A stretch of DNA of 64,000 nucleotides, from NCBI RefSeq assembly GCF_006345805.1, contig NC_043000.1:6572001-6636000 (forward strand), written 5' to 3'. The notes under the pieces are model-generated. The model had not been told where the DNA came from. It saw only the letters and a list, made by a program, of their open reading frames with translations, and did not search any database. Position 1 is the stretch's first letter; each line of letters begins with the position of its first letter. Below, piece after piece: positions 12,145-23,880 of the stretch. The position numbers and the translations under genes were made by a program. Source of the DNA: Octopus sinensis (Eukaryota).

Positions 12145-12365
12145 TTACTACCCACAAGGGGCTAAACACAGAGGGGACAAACAAGGACAGACAAACGGAT
12201 TAAATCGATTACATCGACCCCAGTGTGTAACTGGTACTTATTTAATCAACCCCGAAAGGATGAAAGGCAAAGTTGACTTCGGCGGAATTTGAACTCAGAA
12301 CGTAACGCCAGACGAAATACGGCTACGCATTTCGCCCGGCATGCTAACGTTTCTGCCAGCTCGCC
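12145..12365 (-). mobile_element. SINE with a distinct 3' tail
   Basis: Core shared with the 540-770 family; tail CCACAAGGGGCTAAACACAGAGGGGACAAA shared with 14046-14075. Confidence 0.7.
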
Positions 12366-12908
12366 CGCCTAAAACTTTCATTATAGTAGTATCTATGGAA
12401 GACTGGTGGGATTATTATTTATATGGACTTAAAGATTGATCGCAATTTAGCATATAATTTAGTCATTGCAGTTTACTATTAATACCGATACAATGTACAT
12501 TGGTTTATATGTCAATTTTGTTTTAGTTTTATTAAAGTTAGTGTTTAATCCTGCCTGCATATTGAATTAGGGATTATAATTTTTGTAGGACTTAATAGAG
12601 TTGTTGCTGTTTAGTTACGTATTTAAGAGTGGTTGTAATTTACTTATGGACTTTATTTATCAATACGGCTCTGCATAGGGTAAGTGTGTTCGAAAGTTGT
12701 GGTTTCTTTGGTTCATTTGTTCCCAAACAACACTTATTTTAGTGTTGTTGACACTGCCGGATTGAATGGTACTACCCAGGTGTCGAGACCATAATGATAT
12801 TCATGGGGCAGCTGATGATGGATGTATGTTGGATGTTGGTATGGCTGTGGAATAGTATTATAACATATCCTTTTGATATATATATATATATATATATATT
12901 TCTCCTAT

Positions 12909-12943
12909 GTTTCTGATGAAGAGCTCCGCTCGAAACGTGAAAC
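12909..12943 (+). ncRNA. Minimal type I hammerhead motif (GUG triplet, probably inactive copy) in Penelope-like pseudo-LTR 12900-13045
   Basis: GTTT-CTGATGA-A-GAGC-TCC-GCTC-GAAA-CG-TG-AAAC; the fragment sits between two (TA)n tracts. Confidence 0.65.
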
Positions 12944-13044
12944 CCTCCTTCTTCCCTTCTTTCCTGAGCATCCAATAATACTATATTTGTTCAACGTCCT
13001 TGCGTTGTTGTGTTTTTTGTGTTTTCTTGTTTGGATTAACTTTA

Positions 13045-13081
<37 letters not shown>

Positions 13082-13085
<4 letters not shown>

Positions 13086-13682
13086 TTATTATCATCATCA
13101 TCATCGTTTAACGTCCGCTTTCCATGCTGAACCAGACTCCAATCTTGATCTGGCAGAGTTTCTACAGCTGGATGCCCTTCCTAATGCCAACCACTCTGAG
13201 AGTGTAGTGGGTGCTTTTACGTGTCACCAGCACGAGGGCCAGTCAGGCGGTACTGGCAACGGCCATGCTCAAATGGTGTTTTTTTATGTGCCACCTGCAC
13301 AGGAGCCAGTCCAGTGGCACTGGCAACGACCTCACTCAAATGTTTTTTTCACATACCAGTAAGATGATGCTGGTAACAATCACGCTCGAATGGTACTTTT
13401 TACGTGCCACTGGCATGGAAGCCAGTTAGCCGCTCTGGCAATGATCACGCTCGGATGGTGCTCTTAGCGCTCCACTAGGACGGATGTCAGTCATCGTATT
13501 TGATTTCGATTTCACTTGCCTCAACAGGTCTTCGCAAGCAGTGTCCAATGAATGAAAGGTACGCATAAGTGGACTGGTTACACCCCTGGCATAGGCCATG
13601 AGGTTATGGTCTCATTTGGCTTGCCGGGTCTTCTCAAGCACAGCATATTTCCAAAAGTCTCGGTCACTAGTCATGGCCTCAG
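13082..13682 (-). mobile_element. 5'-truncated RTE LINE (last codons plus 3' UTR)
   Basis: Begins with (CAT)n-CGTTTAACG tail; far end encodes EAMTSDRDFWKYAVLEKTRQ on the minus strand, like the RTE ORF C-terminus. Confidence 0.8.
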
Positions 13683-14029
13683 CTCAACTTGAAAATTGTT
13701 AAAAGTTTTGGTTGAAAATTTATTTTAACTGCTATTTGTTTACAGATACATACATACATACATCAACTTCATTTAACAGTGCTGAGAAAGCTATAAGATA
13801 TTGCACAAGCACTCAGCTGTGAGTGTGCAGCTTCTTATAGAAGAAACAGCTGTAAGCCAATGAAGTTGATTATGTAGTCCTGTTCCCTTGTCATTCAATA
13901 ATTAATAATATGCTCTGTACTCACCTAAGACTATTCTAAACCATATGCATATACTGAATTCTAGCAACTGGTTATTAGTATCAATATGCGTAAATGAAAT
14001 TATAAAATATATATTTATATACACATAGA

Positions 14030-14400
14030 TAGATTTCTTTATTGGCCACACAGGGCTAAACACAGAAGGGACAAAATACAAAGTAGAGCTTTTCTTTTGG
14101 GGAAGAAGAGAAGAGGAGAAAAAAAGGTGGGAAGCGAATTCCGATCAAAAAAAAAGAAAAAAGGTGGGGGTGAATTCTGATCAAAAGGGATCATGGGAAA
14201 AAAAGTGGGGCCGATCAATAGGGATCGTGTATCGCAGTAATGTCAATGTAAAAGGGGAGAACAGATTAGGTTTGTCCGTGGATAGAAAAGCCTACAGAAA
14301 AGACCACGGGAACCTTGGGCAATAGTGTCATACAAAAAGAAAACAGATGACAGTAAGTGGCTCTCTTTTTTCCTTTCATTTTTCTTTTTTTTTTCTCTCT
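14030..14400 (-). mobile_element. Probable 3' end of a non-LTR retrotransposon inserted in microsatellite
   Basis: Minus strand ends ...GGCCAATAAAGAAATCTATCTA (AATAAA then TCTA repeats); pyrimidine-rich 3' UTR; tail shared with the SINE at 12145-12365. Confidence 0.45.
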
Positions 14401-14417
14401 TTTTCTTTATATACACA

Positions 14418-14418
14418 C

Positions 14419-14498
<80 letters not shown>
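14418..14498. repeat. (GATA)n microsatellite
   Basis: Direct inspection. Confidence 0.95.
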
Positions 14499-14500
<2 letters not shown>

Positions 14501-15263
14501 GGAGAGAGAAGGAGGGGTGTTGTGCTGTTAATTATGTATATCAACTATATCAATGAGTGAAATATATCTCAAGGGAGCATTCTGCATAATGTATACAAAT
14601 ATGGTAGGATCTCATGAATGTAATATACTGAACATAAAACACTTAATTATTGAAGATTATCTATGTAGTAATTACACAAAATCTTCTTGTAGCAGAGTGA
14701 CAGAAACAGTTGATTATCACACAGAATACAGTGCCATATTCAGCTTTGGGTATTTCCATTTTAAATAGCAATCCTAAGAAGGCGGGTGAGGATGTGAACT
14801 AGTCTTTTGTTTTTCTGATGTTATTGTTGTTTATTTTGATGAAACAGGTCTACAATGGCCAAAGGTATCCCTGAAAGTGGTGAAGGGAGAGTTAGTGCTT
14901 CAAGGGTTTAGTCTTTGAGTTTCTTCCAGTCCCCATTCTATGAAAAATTCAACATAATGGCTTCAAATTTTGGCACCAGGCCAGAAGTTTTTCAGGAATG
15001 GGGTAAATTGATTAAATCAACTCCAGCACTTGATTGGTACTTATTTTTATCAACCTTGGAAGAATGAAAGGCAAAGTCAACCTCAGTGGTATTTGAACTC
15101 AGAATGTAAAGACAAACAAAATACTTCTAAGCATTTTGCCCAGCAAGCTAACGGTTCTGCCAGCTTGTTGTCATGGAAAATTCAACATAATGAACATTGA
15201 ATGTGCTTTCCAGAGTCACCCAGGGTGAACCTCTCCATGGCCTTTGTACATTTTAAGCAATGC

Positions 15264-15675
15264 TCTTTTACTCTTTTACTTGTTTCAGTCATTTGACTGT
15301 GGCCATGCTGGATTACCACCTTTAGTCGAGCAAAATGACTCCAGGACTTATTCTTTCTAAGCCTAGTACTTATTCTATCGGTCTCTTTTGCTGAACCGCT
15401 AAGTTATGGGGATGTAAACACACCAGCATCGGTTGTCAAGCAATGTTGGGTGGGGAGATAAACACAGGCACACAAACATAGACACACACACACACACATA
15501 CACACATACAAATATACGACGGGCTTCTTTCAGTTTCCGTCTACCAAATTCACTCACAAGGCTTTGGTCGGCCCAAGGTTATAGTAGAAGACACTTGCCC
15601 AAGGTGCCACACAGTGGGACTGAACCCAGAACCATGTGGTTGGTAAGTAAGCTACTTACCACACAGCCACTCCTA
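15264..15675 (-). mobile_element. tRNA-derived SINE (inverted copy of 11003-11430)
   Basis: Reverse-complement similarity over the whole length. Confidence 0.85.
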
Positions 15676-17019
15676 CACACTAGTGATTTCCATGCAAACA
15701 AAAGCCCCACTTTTGTTTTTTTTTTTCATTCATAGTTTTTCATTTGATACAAATTATCTAAAGTATCCCTTTTTAGCATGAGTGTGTGTAATTCAAGGGA
15801 AATTTGGCTGTTATTTCTGGAATGTAATGTGTCCACATAAACGTTCCCTTATTGGATCCCTCCCACAGAAGTTGATAGAGTATCAAATATATCTTGTACT
15901 TTATCAAGTGTCGTAGGATTGTATGGTAAATTTATTCGTGTATTCTTCCCCCCTATCAATCTGTCATGACATGTCAATGCTAGAAAATCATCATAATTTA
16001 TACAAATGACATTAAAGATATTTAGGTATCTTACCTTTGGCAAATAAAAATATCCTTCTTCGAATTTCTGATAATTATTTTTCTTCTTGCATGTATGTGT
16101 GTTAAATATATGTGTGTGTGAGAGCAGATATGTATAATGGGTGTGAAAAGCAATATACACTTATACACCTTGAACAGGGTTTCAAAATTAACTAAGGGTT
16201 GGTGTTGGTGTAAATGTATAATATCGTTTCCATTTCGTTTTCATTTTCACTGTGTAATGAACACTAAGACAGCCCAAAACATGGCTAAATTCTCAGTTAT
16301 TAGATATATACATACATTATTACATACACATTAGTTTGAAAGGCTTCAAACTAATATCTATGTAAGAGACTTCAGATTCAACCAGTCTCATCTAAAAATA
16401 TTCGAAGTATTTTGTTGTTGTTTTTTTTAAAAAGAGAGAAAAAGACAAATAAAATCAAGAAGGAAACAGTCTGTGAACGTATTGAACGAAGTGAATTTGT
16501 TAAATTGAATGCAGATGTCCTATATTTATTAGTAAAAGGTCACAAGGAATGGTAACAGCTGCTGAAGGTCCAGTAAAACCACACGCTCTTCCTGGCAATT
16601 GATAGATAATTGACAATATCATACAGCCGACCTATTTTTTAAAAATTCTTTTAATTTTCTTTTTGTTTTGTTTTGTCACATACTGTCAGTTGGATCTTTA
16701 ATTCTGTTCAATCTGGTATCAAATATTTATATAAAGGAAAAAAAATATCAAAAAATGAAAATAGAAATAAATAAAAATTTTTAAAGTAGTGACAAAAAAA
16801 AATGGACACTATCAATATTCATACATACATACCAACCTACCTACCTACATACATACATAAATACACACACACACATGTACATGTGCGTGTACATATACAT
16901 GTATGTACATAATAGATATATGTATATAGATCAAATGTAGAAAAAACAAAGACTGGTGAGAGAACAACAAGCTGGTGTATTAGTTTTTAGATGGATCCAC
17001 AACCATGATACCAACACCA

Positions 17020-17967
17020 TCTAAATATGACTCTTTTCAGAAAACTGCAGTTTGTCTGTCTGTGTGTCTGTGTGTCTGTCAGGTTGTACCCTCACCCTGA
17101 CCACGGCTTTCAACCGATTCTGATGAAACTTGACACACACATAGCCCAATGTCATAATTCAAAACTAACGCAGCGAAAATTTTGAAAAGTTCCCCCAGTT
17201 CTGAAAAAAATTGATAAATTCGACATGGGGTCGAGAATCAGAAACATAAACCACAGACTGTCTAGGGGACGCAACTCGACCTTTTTAACTCTCAACTCCA
17301 TCAATATCCAGCTACTTGAAGCTATTCCTGGTGATGTCCACGTCTACAAATCTTTTGATAGGACAGCAGACCCCGCCGAGCTTGCTGATTATCCTGTTGA
17401 ATTCCTGAATTCACTTGAACCGCCAGACCTGCCGCCACACATCCTGAAGTTAAAAGTCGGTGCGCCCATTATGCTCATCAGGAATTTGGTTCCATCTAAA
17501 CAGTGCAACGGCACACGTCTGGTTGTGAAACATTTGCCACCACATTTAATAACGGCCACAATACTTACCGGTTGTGGGAAGGGAGAGGACGTCTTCATTC
17601 CACGCATGCACCTTCAACCGTCGGGCGCTGACCTACCAATCCACTTCAGGCGTTCTCAGTTTCCTATTAAACTCTGCTTCGCAATGTCCATCAATAAATC
17701 CCAAGGCCAAACGCTACAAGTCGCTGGGTTACAGTTGGGCGAACAGTGCTTCGCCCATGGTCAACTCTATGTGGGCTGTTCACGCGTTGGGAGGCGCAAT
17801 GATGGGACAGCTAGGAACATTGTATACACAGAAGTATTCGAGTGAAGAGAAGACATTGCATCCTACACATGCGCCTTCGTTCCCTAGAGGGAAAGGACTA
17901 GATTGGGATTAGTCGTTGCCTACTAGGGGGTCTTACATACCCGGGCAATGCCGGGCTATGCTGCTAG
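17020..17967 (+). mobile_element. Non-autonomous (internally deleted) Helitron
   Basis: A|TC 5' end at 17019/17020, subterminal (GTCT/GTGT) tract, 3' hairpin CCCGGGCAATGCCGGG (17940-17955), CTAG|T end at 17964-17968; PIF1 helicase fragment inside. Confidence 0.8.
17225..17845 (+). CDS. PIF1-family (SF1B) helicase C-terminal fragment of Helitron RepHel
   Basis: YPVEFLNSLEPPDLPPHILKLKVGAPIMLIRNL...CNGTRL...IPR...QFPIKLCFAMSINKSQGQTL...FAHGQLYVGCSRV...NIVYTEV; lacks Walker A/B and the Rep domain. Confidence 0.85.
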   Translation: MGSRIRNINHRLSRGRNSTFLTLNSINIQLLEAIPGDVHVYKSFDRTADPAELADYPVEFLNSLEPPDLPPHILKLKVGAPIMLIRNLVPSKQCNGTRLVVKHLPPHLITATILTGCGKGEDVFIPRMHLQPSGADLPIHFRRSQFPIKLCFAMSINKSQGQTLQVAGLQLGEQCFAHGQLYVGCSRVGRRNDGTARNIVYTEVFE

Positions 17968-18562
17968 TAAAGAATATATATAAAACAAGACTGTAACTAT
18001 AAATGTCTTTAAAGCCAACCACACATATGTATACAAGCTGTATGATAAATGGAAATAGTTGATGTGTGGAGGCCATGATCTTCTCCCGTGTATTGCCTCC
18101 CGTCTGCTAGTTGGCGTGTGGTGTGAGAGATGACTAGATCATGTCTTTATGGTCTGACATCTTAGGAAGAAAAGAGAAAGTCATAAGGCCTTGTATCAGA
18201 ATCTTACACTCTAGAGCCATCTAGTGAGCTTGTTTAAACCCACTGTCAAGGGAGGTAACTGCACCTACAAGTTTGACGCTCAGGAGGAACAGAAAAGTCT
18301 TTGATGTATTGAGCCTATGTTCTTGGACAGAGAGGAAAACAATGGAGAGAGAGAAAAAAGAAAAGAGAGAGAGAGAAAAAAATGTGTAGGGATTAAGGCT
18401 TCAACATGATGAAATGACTGGAAGGAAGAGGCTGAATGGCAGGGAGATAATAGCGGTGACCCTGCTGAGCTTTTGTTTTGCAAGAATCTTGATGTGAAAT
18501 CATGTGTTAAAACAGTTATTGCTATACTTAGGGATAATCATATTTTGCCAATTAAATACATG

Positions 18563-18980
18563 TGTAGTGATGCTACAGTGTAGGGTTCGGCGCGCATGCG
18601 CAGAATGGGACTACTTCCGGGTGGCCACCGGAAGTCTTCCCCATGCGCATGTGCGGGAAAACATCTCTCGAGCCCGCGAACCTCAAATCGCTCTCTTCGG
18701 CTCAAGACAGCACTGCGATCGGTCACGGTTTTCCTGGCTCTGACAGCCACACACCAGCTTCAACCAACTTCAACCAACCTCAACGACCAACACCAGCAGT
18801 ATCTCAGAGGCTGTCTATTCCCCCATCAGACAACGTACAACCATGAATCAATAAACCAAGTTGTCTGTTCACCTTTAACCTGAGTTTCGTCTGTTTTGTT
18901 TTCTACAAGAATTTTTGTATGTGACTAAAAGGATCTCGACACCCTGCCAGTGCTTCGATGATAGATCCTTTCACGTTACA
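18563..18980 (+). repeat. 5' LTR
   Basis: TGTAGTGATG...CACGTTACA; identical to 23418-23835 apart from two 1-nt indels seen by eye; AATAAA at 18850-18855. Confidence 0.95.
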
Positions 18981-18982
18981 AT

Positions 18983-18992
18983 TGGTGACCCC
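18983..18992 (+). promoter_or_regulatory. Primer-binding site complementary to tRNA-Trp 3' end
   Basis: TGGTGACCCC two nt after the 5' LTR; eukaryotic tRNA-Trp ends ...GGGGUCACCA. Confidence 0.8.
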
Positions 18993-19349
18993 TAGTTGAG
19001 AAAAAAAGAACAGGATAGAAGACACAGCGAACAGGTTTTTTTTTGGGGCCGAAGAGCGCGGAAATTCACATTTATTTTCCTATTTCTCCTTTTCAGCACG
19101 GCGAGGTGGGTCAAATAGCCTTATTCATCGCACACAGTACAAAAAAAAAAAAAAGAAAACACACACACATTCATTTTTTTTTCTTTTCGTTTTGTTTTCC
19201 TTGTACACACCTATTCCTTTTTTTGCTTACCCACGAGGTGCACACACAAACACAGTTTGAATTGCCTTCTCGGTTCCCACGTGGTTCTCTCTCCGTTTCT
19301 CGACCATACCTTCTGCCCCCTTCTCACAGACTCCTTCCGACAAAGGCAA

Positions 19350-20097
19350 ATGGCTTCAGGTTTGCCTTCATTACGGGGGATGCGGGGCTGTGGTTTGCAC
19401 AGGTGGAATCACACTTTGCCCGCGCATACCATTCCGCCACAACAGAGCAGTTACATCTACTGTTTTCAAGTTTGCCCTCCCGGCTCGCAACATCGGTCAG
19501 GGATCTCATTGTGAGTCCCCATCCTGACGCCAATATGCGTCAGAAAGGCGGAGATCCTCCGTCGCAACACGCGCTCAGAGAGGAAAGTCAGTTTAATGAA
19601 CTGATGGCCGACGAGCAGTTAGGGGACAGAACTCCATCCCAATTTCTGCGCCATCTAAGAGAGCTAAGCGGCAACGCCGCTGACGCGCCGCTCTTACGTA
19701 AGATATTTTTCTCAAGGCTGCCTGCCCACGTGCAGACAATGTTGGCCACGGCACTGGATGCTGTGTCTGTGGACCAGATCGCCACGATGGCCGACAAAGT
19801 GTTGGAGTTTTCGCGCCCATCTCCCTCGCGGGGCCTGTACGCATGCACAGAGCCCCCCCCCCCCCCCCCCGCCCCTCCGACGAACGATAAAATGGCCGAG
19901 AACATCGACGCGCTTACGCGGAGGATCGATGATCTGTGCCGTGCGATCGGACGCCAATCTCGTAGTCGCAGTAGCTCTATTTCCCGCAGTCGGAGTGACT
20001 CTGTTTCTCGTCCGGGTGGTGCTGGTACCATTCGAGATATGCCGAAAAGGCAGATCGGTGTACCCAGCCGTGCACTTTCAAGCCCTCGGAAAACTAA
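19350..20097 (+). pseudogene. gag: Gag (frameshifted in this assembly)
   Basis: WFAQVESHF, LGDRTPSQFLRHLREL, LPAHVQTML, MADKV segments; CWYHSRYAEKADRCTQPC (C-x2-H-x9-C-x3-C) at 20020-20073 in a different frame, then TAA at 20095-20097. Confidence 0.85.
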
Positions 20098-20149
20098 ATC
20101 CGGAGGAGGTGAGCACGTCACCTTCTTCCATCTCGTTTCCAAACATCGT

Positions 20150-23100
20150 GCATTCTATGTAAAAGATCTGGTGTCGGAGAGAAATTCTTCATGGTAGACA
20201 CCGGCTCCTGTTGCAGCATCTGGCCCCTTCGTCTGGCTGCAGACAAGCCCAAGCGCTCTTCGATTGTCTTGCATGCTATTGACTGTCTCCCATAACCACT
20301 TACGGTCAGGTTTCGCTGCGCCTCAACCTCAACCTTCGTCGAGATTTCGATGGGTTTCGTCATCGCTGACATCCCACATCCTATTCTCGGCGCTGATTTC
20401 CTGGATAGGTTAACCTATGGTGGATGTCAGGCGTCGGAGGCTTCTTGATAGCACGACGTCGCTCTCTACACCGACTGGGAGTTCCACCACTGCGGTCCTT
20501 AGCCCGACATTCTTTGTTGCCACCTCTGGAGACCCTTTTCACTCTCTTTTGGTTTCATTTCCGAGCTAGTGGACATTGCTTTAAACCGGAAAATCCCACC
20601 CACTCGACCTCCATTTCATCACCACCAATGGGCCACCTGTATTCTCACGCCCCCGGCGCCTAGCGCCAGACCGACTTAAAACGGCCAGAGCCGAGTTTGA
20701 GCACATGCTTCAACTTGGCCTTATACGCCCCCTCCACCAGCCATGGGCATCTCCCCTTCATTTGGCGCGAAAGGGCGAGTCTGATTTCGCCCGGTTGGAG
20801 ACTATCGACGCCTCAATGCCGTCACAATAGCCGATCGCTATCCGATTAGAAATTCCAGGACTTTACAGCAAATCTCCATGGTTGTACCATTTTTTCGAAG
20901 GTCGATCTGATACGCGCTTACCACCAAATACCGGTCAACCCAGCCGACGTTCCAAAAACTGCAATCACTACCCCGTTGGGTGTTTTGAGTTTTTTGTACA
21001 TGAGTTTCGGTTTGCGGAATGCTACTAGCACCTTCCAGCGTTTCATTGATGAGTTGTCCGCGGTCTTGATTTTGTGTTTGCCTATGTCGATGACATACTC
21101 ATTGCGAGCGACACACGAGAAAATCATCTCCGGCACCTTTCTCAACTCTTCCAGCGTCTTCGCGCGTATAGCATACGCATAAACCCCGACAAGTGTGTTT
21201 TCGGACTCTCTTCCTAGATTTTCTAGGGATCATATTGATTCAACGGGAATCAGCCCCCTCTCGTCAAAAGTCGATGCCATTCAACGCATCGCACCCCCCA
21301 CTTCCTTGCGCCAGCTCAGGCATTATCTAGGGATGGTCAATTTCTACCGACGCTTCATTCCCGGTTGTGCAGATAAGCTGCTACTCTCACCAGGCTGTTA
21401 AAGGACTCTCCTAGAAAGGACAGTCAAGTCACCCTCTCTGTTGAGGCAGTGACAGCCTTTGAGTCCATTAAGAAGGAGCTGGCTTCTGTTTCTTTGCTTG
21501 CAATCCAGTTCCTGGTGCTTCTCTCTCTTTGACTGTGGACGCATCGGACACTGCCATTGGCGCTGTGTTACAACATACAGTGGATGACCATGTTCGACCT
21601 CTAGCCTTCTTTTCCGTCAACTGCAACCAGCTGAACGACGATACAGCACCTTTGATCGTGAGCTCCTAGCGATCTATCTATCGGTTCGTCATTTCCAGCA
21701 TCAACTTGAAGGGCGAGATTTTGTGATCTATACGGATCACAAGCCCCTTACGTTTGCCCTGTTTTCAAAAACGGACAAACTCTCACCCCGTGCTTTTCGG
21801 CACCTGGATTTTATCTCTCAATTTACTAGCAACATTCGACACATACCTGGAAAAGAGAACGTTCCTGCTGACGCTCTCTCTCGCCTTCCAGTTTGCGCCC
21901 TTTCGTCTCCTGCTGCTATCGACTTAGCTGCCATATCGCAGGAGCAGCCACCTTTGGCGTCGTTAGATTTAACTTCTCCCAAGTTCTCCTGTTGCCAGTT
22001 TTCCTACCTTCCGCTTCCGTCAGCCGAAGGCACCATTCTTTGTGACACTTCAACTGGATCTCCCAGGCCACTGGTGCCTGAGACCCATCAACGCTCAGTG
22101 TTTGAAGCACTGCCACTCCTTATCACATCCTGGCATCGCTGCCACCCTCAAACTAATCACTGCTCGGTTTTCTGGCCGAATATGCGTCGCACAATTACTT
22201 GTTGGACACGCACCTGCTCCAAGTGTCAACGATCCAAGATTCACTGGCACGTTCGTGCCCCGCTTGGACAATTCCCCCCACGGAGGCCCGTTTTCGCCAT
22301 GTCCACATCGATCTGGTTGGACATGGCCTGTGAGTCGCGGGTTCTCTTATCTATTAACTTGTGTCGATCGTTTCTCCCGCTGGCCAGAAGCCATTCCGAT
22401 AGCAGACATTTCTGCTGAGACTGTTGCGCGAGCTTTCGTTTCAAACTGGATTTCTCGCTTCGGAGTCCCGTCCCGATTGACAACTGATCGTGGACGACAG
22501 TGAGGCCTCGCTATTTCGCGAATTGTCGCGAATTTTGGGTATGCACCATATCCACCACAAGCTACCATCCAGCGTCTAATGGATTGGTTGAGCGGTTCCA
22601 TAGACAGCTCAAGGCCGCTCTTCGTGCCTCTTCGGACCCACAGTCCTGGATCGAATTTCTGCCCATTGTGCTTCTCGGCTGTCGGACTGCTGTCAAGGCA
22701 GACCTGGGGTTTTCTGCTGCAGAGCTGCTGTATGGTACCACACTGGCATTGCCCGGTACGATGTTGGTGCCAGACACTTCCCCGCCCCATGATCCGGCGA
22801 CCTATGTCACCAGACTGCGGGAATATTTTTCAAACCTTCCGCCCATGCTTCCCAGAAAGCAATCTCCACCGTCCATCTTCCACCGGATATGAACACCTGG
22901 TCGCATGTTTTTGTTCGGGACGATTCTGTGAAGGGCCCACTTGTTTCTCCCTATAAGGACCTTTTCGTGTGCTTTCGCACACCAAAGGTTTTCACGATTG
23001 AGATAAATGGTCGTTCGGAGACCGTTTCCGTGGACCGTTTAAAAAAGGCACATTTTGAGACGTCTTCATCTTTTGATGACAACCTTGACACACCCACCTA

Positions 23101-23280
23101 TGCACCTTTAACAACACTTTCACCTGCACAAACGCCTTCACCTGCACAAACGCCTTCACCTGCACAAACACCTTCACCGGCTCCTACAACACCACCCTCG
23201 CCGTCAACGGGGCCCCGAGCACACCGTATGTTACAAAATCGGGCAGAACAGTGCATTGGCCCAAGAAACTTTCAAAAACA
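20150..23280 (+). pseudogene. pol: Pol: protease, RT, RNase H, integrase (many single-base frameshifts)
   Basis: FMVDTGS (~20188-20208), [51 protein letters not shown] (21083-21094), [76 protein letters not shown]. Confidence 0.9.
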
Positions 23281-23404
23281 ATTTACATTTAACTTTAAAA
23301 TGTTTCTTATTGTATAATAGTATGTACCAAGTCTTCTGGGGGATCGGCAAGCCTTCTGTTTTCTGCAGCACCACCACAATATTCTGGTTGCCGTACTTCG
23401 CACT

Positions 23405-23417
23405 CGGAGGGGAGCCC
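23405..23417 (+). promoter_or_regulatory. Polypurine tract
   Basis: CGGAGGGGAGCCC immediately before the 3' LTR. Confidence 0.8.
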
Positions 23418-23835
23418 TGTAGTGATGCTACAGTGTAGGGTTCGGCGCGCATGCGCAGAATGGGACTACTTCCGGGTGGCCACCGGAAGTCTTCCCCATG
23501 CGCATGTGCGGGAAAACATCTCTCGAGCCCGCGAACCTCAAATCGCTCTCTTCGGCTCAAGACAGCACTGCGATCGGTCACGGTTTTCCTGGCTCTGACA
23601 GCCACACACCAGCTTCAACCAACTTCAACCAACCTCAACGACCAACACCAGCAGTATCTCAGAGGCTGTCTATTCCCCCATCAGACAACGTACAACCATG
23701 AATCAATAAACCAAGTTGTCTGTTCACCTTTAACCTGAGTTTCGTCTGTTTGTTTTCTACAAGAATTTTTGTATGTGACTAGAAAGGATCTCGACACCCT
23801 GCCAGTGCTTCGATGATAGATCCTTTCACGTTACA
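23418..23835 (+). repeat. 3' LTR
   Basis: Direct repeat of 18563-18980. Confidence 0.95.
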
Positions 23836-23880
23836 CATGCTTTATATGTTTGGTCATTACTTCAGCTTTATTATTACAAT

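Larger units (their letters stand above)
18563..23835 (+). mobile_element. Full-length Ty3/Gypsy LTR retrotransposon, CsRn1/Kabuki-like clade
   Basis: 418-bp TG...CA LTRs, CATG TSD (18559-18562 and 23836-23839), tRNA-Trp PBS, PPT, Gag CHCC motif, domain order PR-RT-RH-IN. Confidence 0.95.

Noticed and set aside
15849-16160. 103-aa minus-strand ORF with an internal GTAAGA donor-like site
   Set aside because: No recognisable homology; starts in low-complexity sequence; the implied intron would be only ~55 nt.
20088-20097. GGAAAAC before the gag stop as a -1 frameshift site
   Set aside because: Plausible for this clade, but the gag/pol frame relationship cannot be trusted given the many apparent indel errors.
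23116-23180. 3-4 x 18-bp repeat encoding PSPAQT after the integrase
   Set aside because: Ordinary low-complexity linker expansion; no chromodomain or env-like ORF follows.
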